NCBI GenBank assembly: GCA_973895155.1
Contig: OZ316897.1
Span: forward strand, 21,489,455-21,553,454
DNA: 64,000 nucleotides
Reading direction: 5' to 3'
Source: Marsupella aquatica
Taxonomy: Eukaryota; Plantae; Marchantiophyta
Of this stretch, positions 51,920-64,000 are shown piece after piece. A program made the position numbers and the translations under genes. The notes beneath the pieces were generated by a model. The model made no database searches. It was not told the DNA's origin and was given only the letters and a program-made list of their open reading frames with translations. Positions within the stretch are counted from its first letter, which is position 1, and the number at the start of each line of letters is the position of its first letter.

Positions 51920-54464
51920 CTTTCGTTTGAAGTCTTCTTCGTGTCCGTCGCTCGAGCCGTGTAACGCGAGCGCTGAAGTGTAACAAGAGCGCCTCCGCGT
52001 GGAGTAGTGGTGAAGGCAACAGTGCAACACCATCTCCTCTTTTACATGTCAAGTTGTGTAAACTGCATGTAAATGTAAAATGATCTCTTGCAAGGCAGGG
52101 GAAGATGATGACCCTAGTTTGTTAATTGGTGTCAAGTCATCAGGTCAAGCACTATAACATGCCACCCAGCCAAAAGAGTCTATGGTCTATTTACAAACTG
52201 ACTTATGGGCCTGAAGAAATACTGGGGATGGACCCATTTTTTCCTTCACTGGTGGGTCACCCCTAGACCCATCCTAAAACCCCCGAATCCCCACCCTGCA
52301 CCTGCCATCACTTGGGAAAGGGAGGAGAGAAAAGGGAGGGAGAGGATGGGAGAGGGGGGACAAGAAAGACAACCGCTACCTCCCTTTGCCTGACCCAGCT
52401 CTGCCCTACCTTTTGCATCCCTCGTGCACTCACCCTATTGACAACTGCTCAGCACAGATGGTGCCATAGCGCAACCCAACAATATCTCTTACTAGGTTTT
52501 GCTTTGACAACACTTTTTCATAACGGGGGCCATGAACAACACACTCATTCAAGGACACTTCATTGCCTCTCCAACACATCCTTTCCTCAATGGCTTCCTT
52601 GGTGCAACCCAGGAGCATTGGGTAGTAACGCCTTGGTAACAGAGCAGTGTGGGCCATAAGGGGCCCCAAAAAGAGGGGCTATTATTGTCCATAAGGCCCT
52701 CATAGGGGGGTGTTAATACACTTAAAAGGCCTCAGCAATGATTTATTTTCACTATGTTTGGTAAAAGTAGAGAAGAAATTGGTAGGCATTTATTCTTTTG
52801 TCTATAATTATGACTATAGCCAAAATTAGGGCTAACCTTACACACGTACTTGGTTAGTTTAGTTGTGTTGCGCACTATATCCCCAAAGATTGTTTGTTTG
52901 GATAAGAGAACCCTAAGGTTCATTATTATGGAGCAAATTGAGAGATAGAGAAAACTAGTATTGTAGAGACTTGATATGATCAACAGGCCGGCCTTCGATC
53001 TTGCAGGCCTTGTGTTCCCAAAAATGTAACGTCAGTTGAGATGAACCATGTGTCTCTCTGTGTTGATTAGTTCAATATTGATGGACATCATGTTGTGAAT
53101 GTAGTCTTTCCTCAATAAAAATTTCATATTCCCCTTCATAAGTCACACAGGGCATTAAAAATATACCAAGCTACTTTTTTTTTCATATGTGCAATTATGG
53201 CCTCGTTTCAATATCAAAGACTAATGTAACTTTCTACGTCTGCAAACTAGTGTATTGATGAGAGAGACTTTCTAATGGAGGCATAGTGCAACACTATCTC
53301 CCCAATTACATGTCAAATTTCTGTAAGCTTCAAGTAAATATAAATGATCCTGCTAGGTGAGGGAAGGAGAATTTTGCTTGAAGGGAGTGAACCTTTGCTT
53401 CACGTGGTCCAAACTCAAAACTCTAGAGTATTTGATGGGAATGTGTGTCTGTGTGTGTTCTTTTTTCCTTTTTTTTTTTTTTTTTTGGGGGGGGGGGGGG
53501 CCAAGACACATGCAAACTTCATATCTCCAAACTCCAGAATATTGCAAATCAAGCCTCCAAACATTAACTTTGGACAATTGGCACCGAAATGTTCAACGAT
53601 CAACTACTTTCTAGAGATGACTATCTGCCACAGTGAAAACTAAACCATTCTTCGTGGAAGCCAGTATCACACGAATATAAATACTTAATTAAGTAAGAAC
53701 CCATTTCAATTTCGCCAGGAGAGGTAGTAAACAATCCTTTACCCGTCGATAATAAGAAGCACAGTCACAGGATGTACTACTTGACAAATGACAACCACAA
53801 CAGCACATTGCAATTCAGAAGACGAAGCCCTCTCAAGGTTTGGCCCGAAAAGTAAGAACTCTGGGAAGATCCTCTCGCGAATGCGTCATTTTGCCGAACG
53901 AATCGCTGAAATTGTGGGAAAAATTAACAGAATGTCAAGCAATCAGTAAACACAAGTCTGCTGCGGGGGTGACCATAGGCAGCTCGGGGAGACGCCAAAT
54001 TCCAAGTGGAAGGACACACCAAACTCCAAACAGATCAAGAAACACCGGTGAGATGAACACATCTGCCGAGTGTTTTGGGCCACATTTCCTGCCCGCCTGC
54101 TTTTGAGTGCGGAAAACTTAACGTAAAAGCCGTAACCTTTACTCCAGTCAGGGATCTCTCATATAGCTATGGCATTGACCGAAAACACCACTAGCTATGT
54201 CAGTGACCGAGCCTTCTTCTGTTAGACATGGAGCCAGAGACCCCTCACCTCGCAGGCAGAGAATGAAACATGTGAGAGGATGAAAACTGAATAGTCTTCG
54301 ACCTTGCTTCTTCGGATTGGGTCATTAAATACCACAGTGATGACCACACATTCTCCTACTTTAGCGAAGGCGAGTGATTCTATCCAAGCCTTGATGGACC
54401 CAGCATTGGAACATGTGGTCGTCAGGCTTCTGGGATCCTAACAGCAGCAGTAATGTTCGTAATT

Positions 54465-55646
54465 CTACTTTGGAAGAGTGTAAACAGCAACGTGAGGAAG
54501 CAGTACAGACCCAAGGTACAGTTTCCCATCATGCTCCTCTGGTTCGCTGATGAGTTTCACCACTGCACCGGTCTGATCTTCCAAAACCTCCAGAAGCTCA
54601 CTTTGCTCGTTGAATTTGTACAGAGCCCCGTGTGGCCTGCCAGTATACATCCCCACTCTAACAGGCAATTTCAGGAGCACTTGCTTCAGGGCGGGGCGTG
54701 GCTTGAAGAACCCATCCAAAGCGCTCCGCCTAGAGTGAAGGGCGACCCAGAATTCTCCTTTATCGTTGGTACGCACATTGTCAGCATAACCAGCCAACCA
54801 AACAAAGTGTTCAGAAGTGCCAGCCTTGGGGCCTTTCACCCAATACCGGACAATCCTGTAAGTCCCTGTTTCGATGACTAGCAAAAACGAGTGATCTTTA
54901 CTGAAGGAGACGCCGTTGGGGAACCGCAGGTTTCGAACCAGCACGGTGGTCTCCTTGGTCCTGGGATCCCACTTCAACAACCGTCCACCACTCTCTCCTT
55001 CCAGAAGCGCCAACATAAAATTCCTCCGAGGGTACTTTGAGCTGCTGTCGGTGAAGTAGACAGTGCCGTCGTCATCAATGTCCAAGTCATTCGTGAACAC
55101 GAATTTCTGGCCATCGTCGGCTGTATCGGTGAGCAGTTCTGCGACTCCTCCCTCCGGACCAACCTTCAACAGACCGAAGTAAGCATCCGCAATGTACAAA
55201 TCTCCGGTCTGCTTGTTGAAACGAAGCCCCAGTGGCCTGCCACACAGATGCTCGTACTCCACGTTGGCCCTCAATGGCAGTGGTTGGTTGCAAATCTCCG
55301 TCCTGTTCGGAATGATGACAGCGAATTCGACCCATCCTGCCTCGTCGCCGTCCCATCTCATCACACGGCCATCACCCACGCTTGCGTAAGGGCCCCTCCC
55401 TTGAGAATCGAAGGTCAGACTCTCAGGCCCGAAAATTTGTCCACCATACTTAATCTCCGACGACTGCAGCTTGTTTTCGCTGTCTCTGGGGATTGCATCC
55501 AGCACCTCGCGTGGGGCCAGAGGCACTGCTTGAATCTTGAAGTTCTCGACTCCTTTGATAGGACTGTAGTTGAGAGGATCTGTTGCCAAGAACAGAGCTG
55601 TCAAGAGAGCGAGCACACCTAGAATTGAAGCCGCTGGAAAGGCCAT
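54465..55646 (-). CDS. Strictosidine synthase-like (SSL/APMAP family) beta-propeller protein, intronless, 393 aa
   Basis: N-terminal signal anchor; GPESLTFD..GRGPY, CGRPLGLRF, LYIADAYFGL, FTNDLDI, VYFTDSS, GRLLKWDP, FPNGV and GYADNVR. Confidence 0.95.
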   Translation of the reverse strand: MAFPAASILGVLALLTALFLATDPLNYSPIKGVENFKIQAVPLAPREVLDAIPRDSENKLQSSEIKYGGQIFGPESLTFDSQGRGPYASVGDGRVMRWDGDEAGWVEFAVIIPNRTEICNQPLPLRANVEYEHLCGRPLGLRFNKQTGDLYIADAYFGLLKVGPEGGVAELLTDTADDGQKFVFTNDLDIDDDGTVYFTDSSSKYPRRNFMLALLEGESGGRLLKWDPRTKETTVLVRNLRFPNGVSFSKDHSFLLVIETGTYRIVRYWVKGPKAGTSEHFVWLAGYADNVRTNDKGEFWVALHSRRSALDGFFKPRPALKQVLLKLPVRVGMYTGRPHGALYKFNEQSELLEVLEDQTGAVVKLISEPEEHDGKLYLGSVLLPHVAVYTLPK

Positions 55647-57799
55647 GATGGAGGCCTCGGTAGAGCAACCACGTGAATCGTCAAAACCTGGCTCTTTTCT
55701 GCTCGCTTACTCAAAATTTCAGAATCACGATTCGTCTGCTCTGGTGAAGCTCTAGCATATTTTTCTTCAAATTCATTGGAACCAATTCGGTTGTTTTACT
55801 CGTACCTCCATGCCTCCGAGTTTTCTCCTTATAATTGTCAGTGCGCTTGCAGAAGAACAATTGTGCATGTGAGACATCGAGAGTAAAAATTATTATCCAT
55901 CCGTAGCTTTTGTTCAGTGTAAAATCTAAGAGTTATATAATGCTCTTTGAAGATTTTTCTTTTTGTAATTTTTTGATGCTCTTTGTGATGTTCAGAGCAC
56001 TATTGGAGAAGAATACATTATCTCCTGGTAATGTTTTAATGATCTTTGTGGTTTTTCTCTTGCTTATGTTCAGAACATTGTTAGAGAAGAATCAATTTTT
56101 GTCTTCGTAATTTCTAGAGCATTATTGGTAAAGAACACCAGTTCATCATGAGTGTTCTCCTTGTAATTTTCAGAACCTTATTTGAAAAAGAATACATTGT
56201 CTTTTTAAGTTTTAGAGCTTATTTGTAAAGAATCCACAGTAATTGTCCTTGTAACTTCTAGAGCTTATTGGTAAAGAATCCGCAGTCAAGATTTGGATAA
56301 GATCATCATGAGGATTCTCCGTGTTGTTACCAGAGCATTACTAAACAATGGGATTAGTTCATCATGAAGATCTCCTTTATTGTTTGTTACCAGAGTAACA
56401 GTAAAAGTAAAAGTCAAGGTTTGGATCATTTAATAATGAAGATTTTCCTCTGTTGTTACCAGAGCAAAAAAAACAAAAAAAATGCAGGGAGGGCCAAGTG
56501 TATTGAATCCTGCTACCAAAGGAGCATGGGCAATGATAGACTCTCAAAACTCAACGGGCCTTACTCACTTCCACTATGAATACAGGGATGGGTAGGAGTG
56601 TTGAGGTCAGATCCACCTTTAAAAATGAGCTCCATTCTTTTCGGTTGGCAGGAGTGTTGGTGAGGTACACCCTTTTAAGGTGAGTTCCACTTCTTTTGTT
56701 TCGCTCCACTCTCTCAATGCTGGCTGGCATAAACACCAATCAGGCAGGGAAAGCGGTCTTTTGAATGGACAAGTCTGGTCTAACAGACTTTGCCATATAT
56801 ATTACCTTCATCTCATGAGACAAGCAAAGAACTTCGTGCCCTCCATCCTGGTCTAGTTGGTTCTCAAGCAGGCAGGATAATTAACCACATTCACTCTGTT
56901 GCACTTGGGCATTATATCTTACAATGCCCTATTAAGACCAAATTCATTCCGTTGCAACGTAGCCAAGAGTTCCGGACTACATAGATGTCTTGGTTCTGTT
57001 TGAAAAGCTGACACTAAAGATGAAAACTTATGAAAACTTGCACTCTAAATCAAGTTTTCAACTCTGTGGGTTCCTATTATGCCTCCACTACAGTAGTCCA
57101 ATTAGTATGAATTGACTGGACAGAAGTGAATAAATTAGTTGACTGGAAACAACGGTCGTACAAGAGGTTATTAACCACACTAACTGTTGACACGTGTGCT
57201 TGGGTGTCAGAAGTTGCATTAGAGGTACCAGGGTTGGACACGTGAAGAAAATGTATTCTGCACTACCAGACAAATTCGAATAGCTGTCAACAATCGTTTT
57301 ATGTAGTTCAACTCCTGAAAAGAACTTGCAAAATAACGGTGTTCTGCTCATAATTTGAACTCATTTGATAGATCGAATAATGAAGCAACGGATTCCTTCT
57401 TTTCGAGCCACAAAAAACTCTCAAATTGTGCATGTCCTAGGTATAAGGGATTCATTCAGAGTTTTAGGCATGGATGTTTCTGGAATTAATTGGGACTATC
57501 GGTTATGAGCTGCCACCAAACTTCGGTTAAGAGCTCAATTGCTTTTTATCTGTCGCGTACAGACCACAAATGGTATCCATCAGTCATTGAAACTAACAAC
57601 CTGGAGCCATTCTACAACCCACAAGGGAATCCTTTTGCTACAGATCTCTCACAGGTTATATATAACACTGCCAACAAGACAGGAACGCCACACACTGGGA
57701 GACATGGTCCCGAAAGCAAAGAAACCCAATAAAGGGAAGGAAAAGGAAGTGAAAAGGCCCCAAGAAGACCAACAGTCACAGGTTAGGTTTCAATTGTCC

Positions 57800-60700
57800 T
57801 TAGCTTCCACTCTGTAGGTCTCTGTAGGTAGGCTCCAAACCTTCCCGTCCGGCAACCATATATTGAGGTACCCGACCCGCTCCAAGGTGAACACTCCCAT
57901 CCACCTCAAGTACCTGCATTGCAACAGCAACAATGCGTCAGTACAATAAAGGCTTCTATCCTGGGACGATATTAAGTTTCTCAGAGGGTCGCTAATTGTC
58001 ACGTTGCAATAGATATACGTCAGAACTAAACAGGACACTTACATCAACCATATGTACATTTTTGCATACAGCATACGATTCAGCAAGCTGCATTCTTTCA
58101 TTCCAGCTAGGAAGCTAATTCAAGGTGAGGCTGCGGAGGACGAATCCCCTTGTCCTGGTGAAAGAGGCTTGGCTCTGCCACCAAGTGGAGGACAGGTGCC
58201 CTTCCTTGCACCTGGACAAGAGTTGCTATTCCACCAGGAATGTGGGGAGGGTAAGGAGGTGGTACGCTTTGGCCTGGAAGGGTTGGGTAGTATTCTCCAC
58301 CGGGAGGACCCGGACTAGGGAAAAGAGGTGCTCTTCCTCCTGAAGAGGGAGGAAGAGGGGGTACTCGTCCCTGAGAGCCGGAGACATCTCCCTGTGAACC
58401 CCTGACATGCTGACAGCTTAGAGCGATCTCTTTATGCCGTCTTATCATGTCCCCTCTACTCCATAGGAATAAAGGAGGAGCTACTTTGTTCCACTGTAAC
58501 AGATTTTCATTTTCTGTTTCATTCGTTGAGCCGTCGAGTGATCCTGGAATGAAAAAGGCCTGAATTCACATCAATCCAATCGCTAATGTTCAGGAACTGT
58601 GCCACTAAAGATAAATAGAAGGAAGGACGTCAAGGCATAATAAAGGGAACGGAAGACTTCTCACCTTGCCCGACAGGAGATCATCATCTACCCAAACTAG
58701 TTCATAGTTGAAGTCTTTATACCTCCTAGAAAAGCTGCACGGCAAAGCCAACTGAAAATGTTACAGGGGTGGGCCGTATTTTCTCCCACTTGAATACACT
58801 TGCCAGCAATTAGAACTGCGAGAAATAATGAACTGAAACCCAGAGCACAACCAGACCTCATTGTTTCAAGAGGGACTATCAAAATCAGGAGTTTCGGTTT
58901 AAATTTTAACGCATGGAGGACAAATTTTTCAGCAAGTGACGCCATGTAACCGAAGGGTGGATTCAATCCTATGACCTGCGCATAAAAAAAAGAACATAAG
59001 CAACCTCACAAACAGAACTGCAAACTTCACTTACGCTACTAGTCATATACAATGACTCTTCATTCTACTTTCTGTAAGATTATAGGCTGATGGATTCCTT
59101 AAAATTATTAGATCACTAGAACTGAAGTATCTCAATCATCTCTCCATTCGAGTCAAAGTCGGCACAACTTACTAGTCTGCTTCCCTCGAGAAAATCATGG
59201 CCGTCGTTCGCAAACCAATCTCCTTGCGTGAAACAGAATGCGTCCTGAAATCGCAAAGCACACAAACTTTTCAAAAAAGTCTCTCCAATTACAACTACAA
59301 GATCCCATTTTACGCAGAACTGGGACAGATGAGATGAGTAATTCAAAACAAGTCGTCATATTAAACTGTGACTCAATTCAAGGAACAAATCTGGACCCCA
59401 CACTAAAGCCCTGTACAGCGTGGTTTGCATCTCACAAGAAAGCATTCAATTTCAGAATTGCGGCTTGTCAAGGCGGATTATGAAGTTTCAGCAAGACTCA
59501 GTGACGGTCTTACTTTGGGCGGGTGCAGGTCAAAATTCCTAAATTCACAGGACTTCCCTCCGCTCCTGAGCTTCTTGTTGAGAAGGACAGAAAAATCGTT
59601 GGCACCACAGCAGAAGTCCACCACCTGATTTGTGCGGTCAGAATACAACAATTGACCAAGCAAACTGATTTGTACAGATCCAATACATAACAATTGACCA
59701 AGCCAAAGAGGACCTGCGGCGGTGTATTGTAAGAGGAAAAGGATTTCATGACATCCAAAATAAGTTTTCTATAAAACCAAGCGGTAAAAAACAAGGGCGC
59801 TGAAAAACGCTATACCCGTCAACCTTTCCTCCTTTAAAAAGAGTCGAGCGCGAATGACTTAAGGGAAATTCCAACTAACAACAGTTTTCCTAAGGTCTTA
59901 CCATGTCTCCACTATCAATGTAGGGATGAATCCGGTCTACTATCTGCGCAGGTTAAGAAAATCATCGTTAGAAACCACTTTCGCGAATAAGCTTTATTCG
60001 CAACAACTCGAACTAGTGGCGTTCCACCTGCTATACTTATGTACTTGAATAGCAACACAATCTGAATTACTGTAGAAATGTGAGCGCTTTACCCGAAACA
60101 AATGAAAGAAAGGAAAAACTAGCTTTGCACTGAGTTTGGAAATCAAGGCATCTATGATTTCAACATATCAAATTAGCATCTTCAACGGCAAGATTATTTG
60201 AAACCTTTTTCAACTTATCGACGCGTGTGAAGTGTCTCCCAAATGATGTATATCGTGGGCCATGTAAGAATGGAGCCAGATAGACTTCAAGGGATTTCTG
60301 CAACCACCAAAAGAGCCAAGAGCCCCTAAGAAATCAATCACAGCCACTAAATGATATCCTCGTCAAGTTGCCTGGAAAAGACGTGGAAACTCAAGAAGTT
60401 TGCAATGAGCAGAGGATGCTGAAAGCACAAAGATTACAAGTCCAACGTTGCATCAAAATTTCTGATGCCCAGGCAAATACAACCTACTGCATAAATTGTC
60501 GCCTAAACGAGATGCTTACTTCAGTTCGCAGAAGTTGCAGAAGAGAGTTCCTCGTACACAAGCGCTTTGCGTCTTCAATTCTACCACCATTTTTCAATAA
60601 GTACCAGGCTTTCTTCCCAGCCTGGATTAACAGGGATCAACTCCAGCATCAGAACCAGGATTCCAGAGTGTCAAAAAAGAAGCCTTACCACTCTGACACT

Positions 60701-63700
60701 CAGCCATGTTGCTGCAATATCTACGAAGATAAACTTGCATTTACACCTTTAGTCCTAAAGAGGAAATTAAAACCCAGACCACTAGTTCCCAGTAGTCTTG
60801 ACCAAAACAGACTGCACCCAGATATTGTGCAACTCTATGCACATGTCAGCATCAACTTGTGCGAAATGCATCCACAAATTGAAGTCCAATGTCGGCAATT
60901 CCTTGGATCCCTTTTTTTGCGGTTCAAGCTGAATAGATACTTACGTTAAGAGTTGACTCGATCCATCCACGATGTCCGAATTTTTTCTCTCTGTTTTCTT
61001 GATAGCAACTAGGCTTCACTAAAATCTTTGTCACATCGTCCAATGTGACATGTATTGCAGCTTGCTGCATAAGTCGAGATATCCTGCATTATGAAATTTC
61101 AATCACGTTGATAATCTTTGTATATAGGAAAGATAAAGCTTCAAGCCTCTTCTGTGAAATAGACGTAGACGATCTTTAAGCAAACGCAACGACTCACCGA
61201 GTCCAGAAGTATAATCCAAACCTCAACGTTTGTTGGTGATATGTAATACTGCTAAGGTTCAAGAATGCTCATTCTAAGCAGTGGTAAGAAACAGCAGATT
61301 ACCTTAGGTGCTGCCCTTCTTTGGAAATGAAAATGTTCTTCACAGGACGACGTACTTCTTCAACATTTTTAATGGGCTCCATTTTCTTTGGAACACCAAA
61401 AGAGCGTACCACAGTGGGTCCTTCAACAGCTGGCGTTTCTGTATCACACATTGCAGTCCTTTGTTCATTACCAACATCTTGACCCCAAGTAACTTGCTTT
61501 TGCCTCTGATCAGCTGTGAAGGGCGGAGCCAGGTCCATATTGTACTCACTACTCTTCTGCTGGTTGTCATTACCTCTTTGTGATTGCTGAGCCACACCAA
61601 GCTTTTTTTCGGTAATACTGTGTTGCTTCTGGCCGCGTCCGAGTTGATCTGTCCTATCCGACTCTCCCTCAGTAGTCTTCTGCCTCTTCTGGCCTACGCT
61701 CAGGAAACATTGGGGAAATGGGGAAGGCTTAGGTCTCGTTTCAAGATTCCGGTTCAGTCGATCGAAGCAAGAAGCTTTGTGCTTATTCTCATGCTTCTGG
61801 TTCTGCTTCAGTGAAGCCGCTTCAGTCATCTTCTGAAAATTCGGCTTCAGTGGAGTTCCAGATCTCATCGGGTCCTTTCGCTTCAATGAAGGAACTTGAG
61901 GCCATTTTAAATGGTCTCTGGAAGGAGTCCGCAAGTCCTCTACGATCTTATGCCTCCTGTATAAAGACAAATGCAGCTCAACATTTGAAACTTGGAACTG
62001 TCAATAAGAAGTTAAAATGTCGTTTCATCCAAAGAGCTGATCCTAGACTGTGTAAGAACTGGATCTAAAGATTGAGGATTTTGCTTACATGCAATACATC
62101 AGAAGCCTTGTGCCAATTTCCCATGCCCTGACCGGGCTGTCATCGTGGCTTTCGAAAGATATCTTTCTGTTTCACATGTCAAATACAACCATCATCAACT
62201 GCATATTTTGGTCAATTGGTTTCTTGGCAAATCAGACTCTGGAAAAACTTCGGCTAGAGCAAGTGAGTGAAGGTGACATACTTGGGCAAACACATCTTGT
62301 GAAATGCCTTTGGGCACCTCCGACATTTTGTGAGTTTCATCGAGTTGTTAGCAGTTTCCCCTTCACTTTTTCCACACCTTCTGCAATTGTGCGCCGGACA
62401 GCAAAATCCATCCCCTTCCGTCACAGATCTAATGAAATCACTCCGATTTTTTATTGTTCCTTCCTGTTCTTTCCACTGCCCTAAACAGTCTAGGTGATAG
62501 AATCGCCCACAAAGGGCAACATCGCAAATAAATACCTGGAAGAAATTCAGTGTGAGAAGGAACAAAGTGACCAGGTAAATTCGCTTCAGCCATGACTCGC
62601 ACGTACTATAGCATAATTCTGCACTGGGCAGGCTTCAGAACTCACAAAATCAATCAAAAACCAGCAATATGGAGAGAAGAATTGTAATGCAAATGAAATA
62701 GACCGTCATGACGGAGTCTAACTACGCGTCATATATACCATAGTCCCGTTACCTCCATTTCTTTTCCCTCGCTCCTTCCTAGGAGACCACATATAAAGCA
62801 TTGTTGTTGCCCGTATTGACAGTTCAGGCAATACCAACTCTCCATTTCCTGCGTTCATAGGTCAATGTTGACAAAACTACCACAGAGGCATCTGGAACTC
62901 AAGCAAAAATGTAAAATTATGAGCCAAATTGAAATTGCCAACAATGACCTCATAATCTTCCGCTTGTAATCCAAGTGATCTGCATTGGGATTCGGATTCT
63001 GCGGTAGAGTCCTTGGATGCATGAAAGGAACGCATGCAAGGACCGTCACAACTGCCACACCACCAGTATTTCTTTAAAAGTCAACAAGGTCTCAAATGTC
63101 GTAAATCCTCTTAGCATAGAATCAACTTCACCAGACACAAGCTTGGGACGACTGAGTATTTCAAAGTAAACACAGTGCTTTGCTAGTGAACAACATCAGG
63201 TGGAAAGTATACATGAGCAGGTGACCGCCATCATCACAAATGGCACAGAAGGCTGAAACATCATCATTATGATCATCATGGTAATCGATTTCACCAAGCT
63301 CGTCAAACTGACCGCCATAAACTTCTGCAATGTCGTGAAACTCGTGCTCTCCTTCGTATTGGCTGTCGCCTGAAATCCCCCTTTACAAGCAATAGGAACA
63401 AATATGATCATCTCTAACTTCTTAGAATCAGGTCACCGCAATATCCAGTGTACTCGAATATTAGTTTTCATGTTTAATCCATCCGTCTATACAACCTACT
63501 CAATAGACTCCACTTTACTGTTCTCTTCAATGGCGTCAAATTTGAGAGAAAGCATACCTGAAAGGATCTGCATCCTTACTAGAGGTAGGGAAAACGATCG
63601 AATCCATTTTACAGTCCACGAATCCCGAGTCAGAGGGCTGATCATCTGACCCAGGTTCTGTATCAGAATTAGATTCCACTAGAAATCTTCGTCTCTTTGC

Positions 63701-64000
63701 TGCCGGTTTGAATGCTGAGATTTGTGTCCCTTCCATATCCGTCTCATCCAAACAATCAGGTGGATCACAGTCCATAACCTCCTGCTAGTCTTCCATGGAA
63801 AACACTGCTTCCAAACTGAGGCGTTTGGAGTGGAGAGGACCCTGCGAATGCACCCGGCACAAGAATTCAGAGATAAAATAACAAACCTCAGAATGCATCC
63901 TGCATATGATGATGAGAAGCTAATCATAGGACGACCAGTAATTGGGTGTAAACCGATCCGACAGATTACAAAGCTCCAGGATTTCACGACGTGGAGCTTT
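57800..64000 (-). CDS. EDM2: EDM2-like protein (PHD fingers + C-terminal methyltransferase-like domain), multi-exon, 5' part outside window
   Basis: CAICDDGG, CDGPCMRSFH, CGRFYHLDCL, CRRCPKAFHKMCLP, HKIVEDLRTPSRDHLKWP, YLAPFLHGPRYTSFGRHFT, VVDFCCGANDFS, IGLNPPFG, KPKLLILIVP and WNKVAPPLFLWSR. The stop is either 58107 or, with one more intron, 57800. Confidence 0.9.

Noticed and set aside
60368-60949. 193-aa plus-strand ORF
   Set aside because: Antisense to an EDM2 intron, TTG start, no recognisable domain.

Overview
Eukaryotic land-plant DNA with spliceosomal introns. A bryophyte-grade host is inferred from the RNF32-like gene and the gene style, but is not proven. The first ~40 kb is a nested transposon block. 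(1) A >17.4-kb CACTA/En-Spm element on the minus strand has its terminus at 17455 and encodes TnpD, a TnpA-like protein and an intronless EDM2-type triple-PHD cargo gene, plus large subterminal tandem arrays. (2) A decayed second En/Spm(CMC)-type transposase gene is split by (3) an 8,121-bp element at 20753-28873 with 15-bp perfect TIRs and a 4-bp AGAG target-site duplication. This element carries an intact Sola-like DDD transposase and, divergently, a three-exon gene for a ParB/Srx-like domain fused to a beta-class amino (N4C/N6A) DNA methyltransferase of prokaryote/phage type. (4) A truncated Copia element and a recent 2.42-kb tandem duplication follow. The last ~21 kb holds ordinary host genes: UBL5/Hub1, RNF32-like, a UBAP1-like UBA protein, a strictosidine-synthase-like gene and the 3' part of an EDM2-like gene. 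The most notable candidate systems are the methyltransferase-carrying DNA transposon and the CACTA carrying an EDM2 chromatin-reader module. All family assignments are from motif recognition by eye; no database searches were run.
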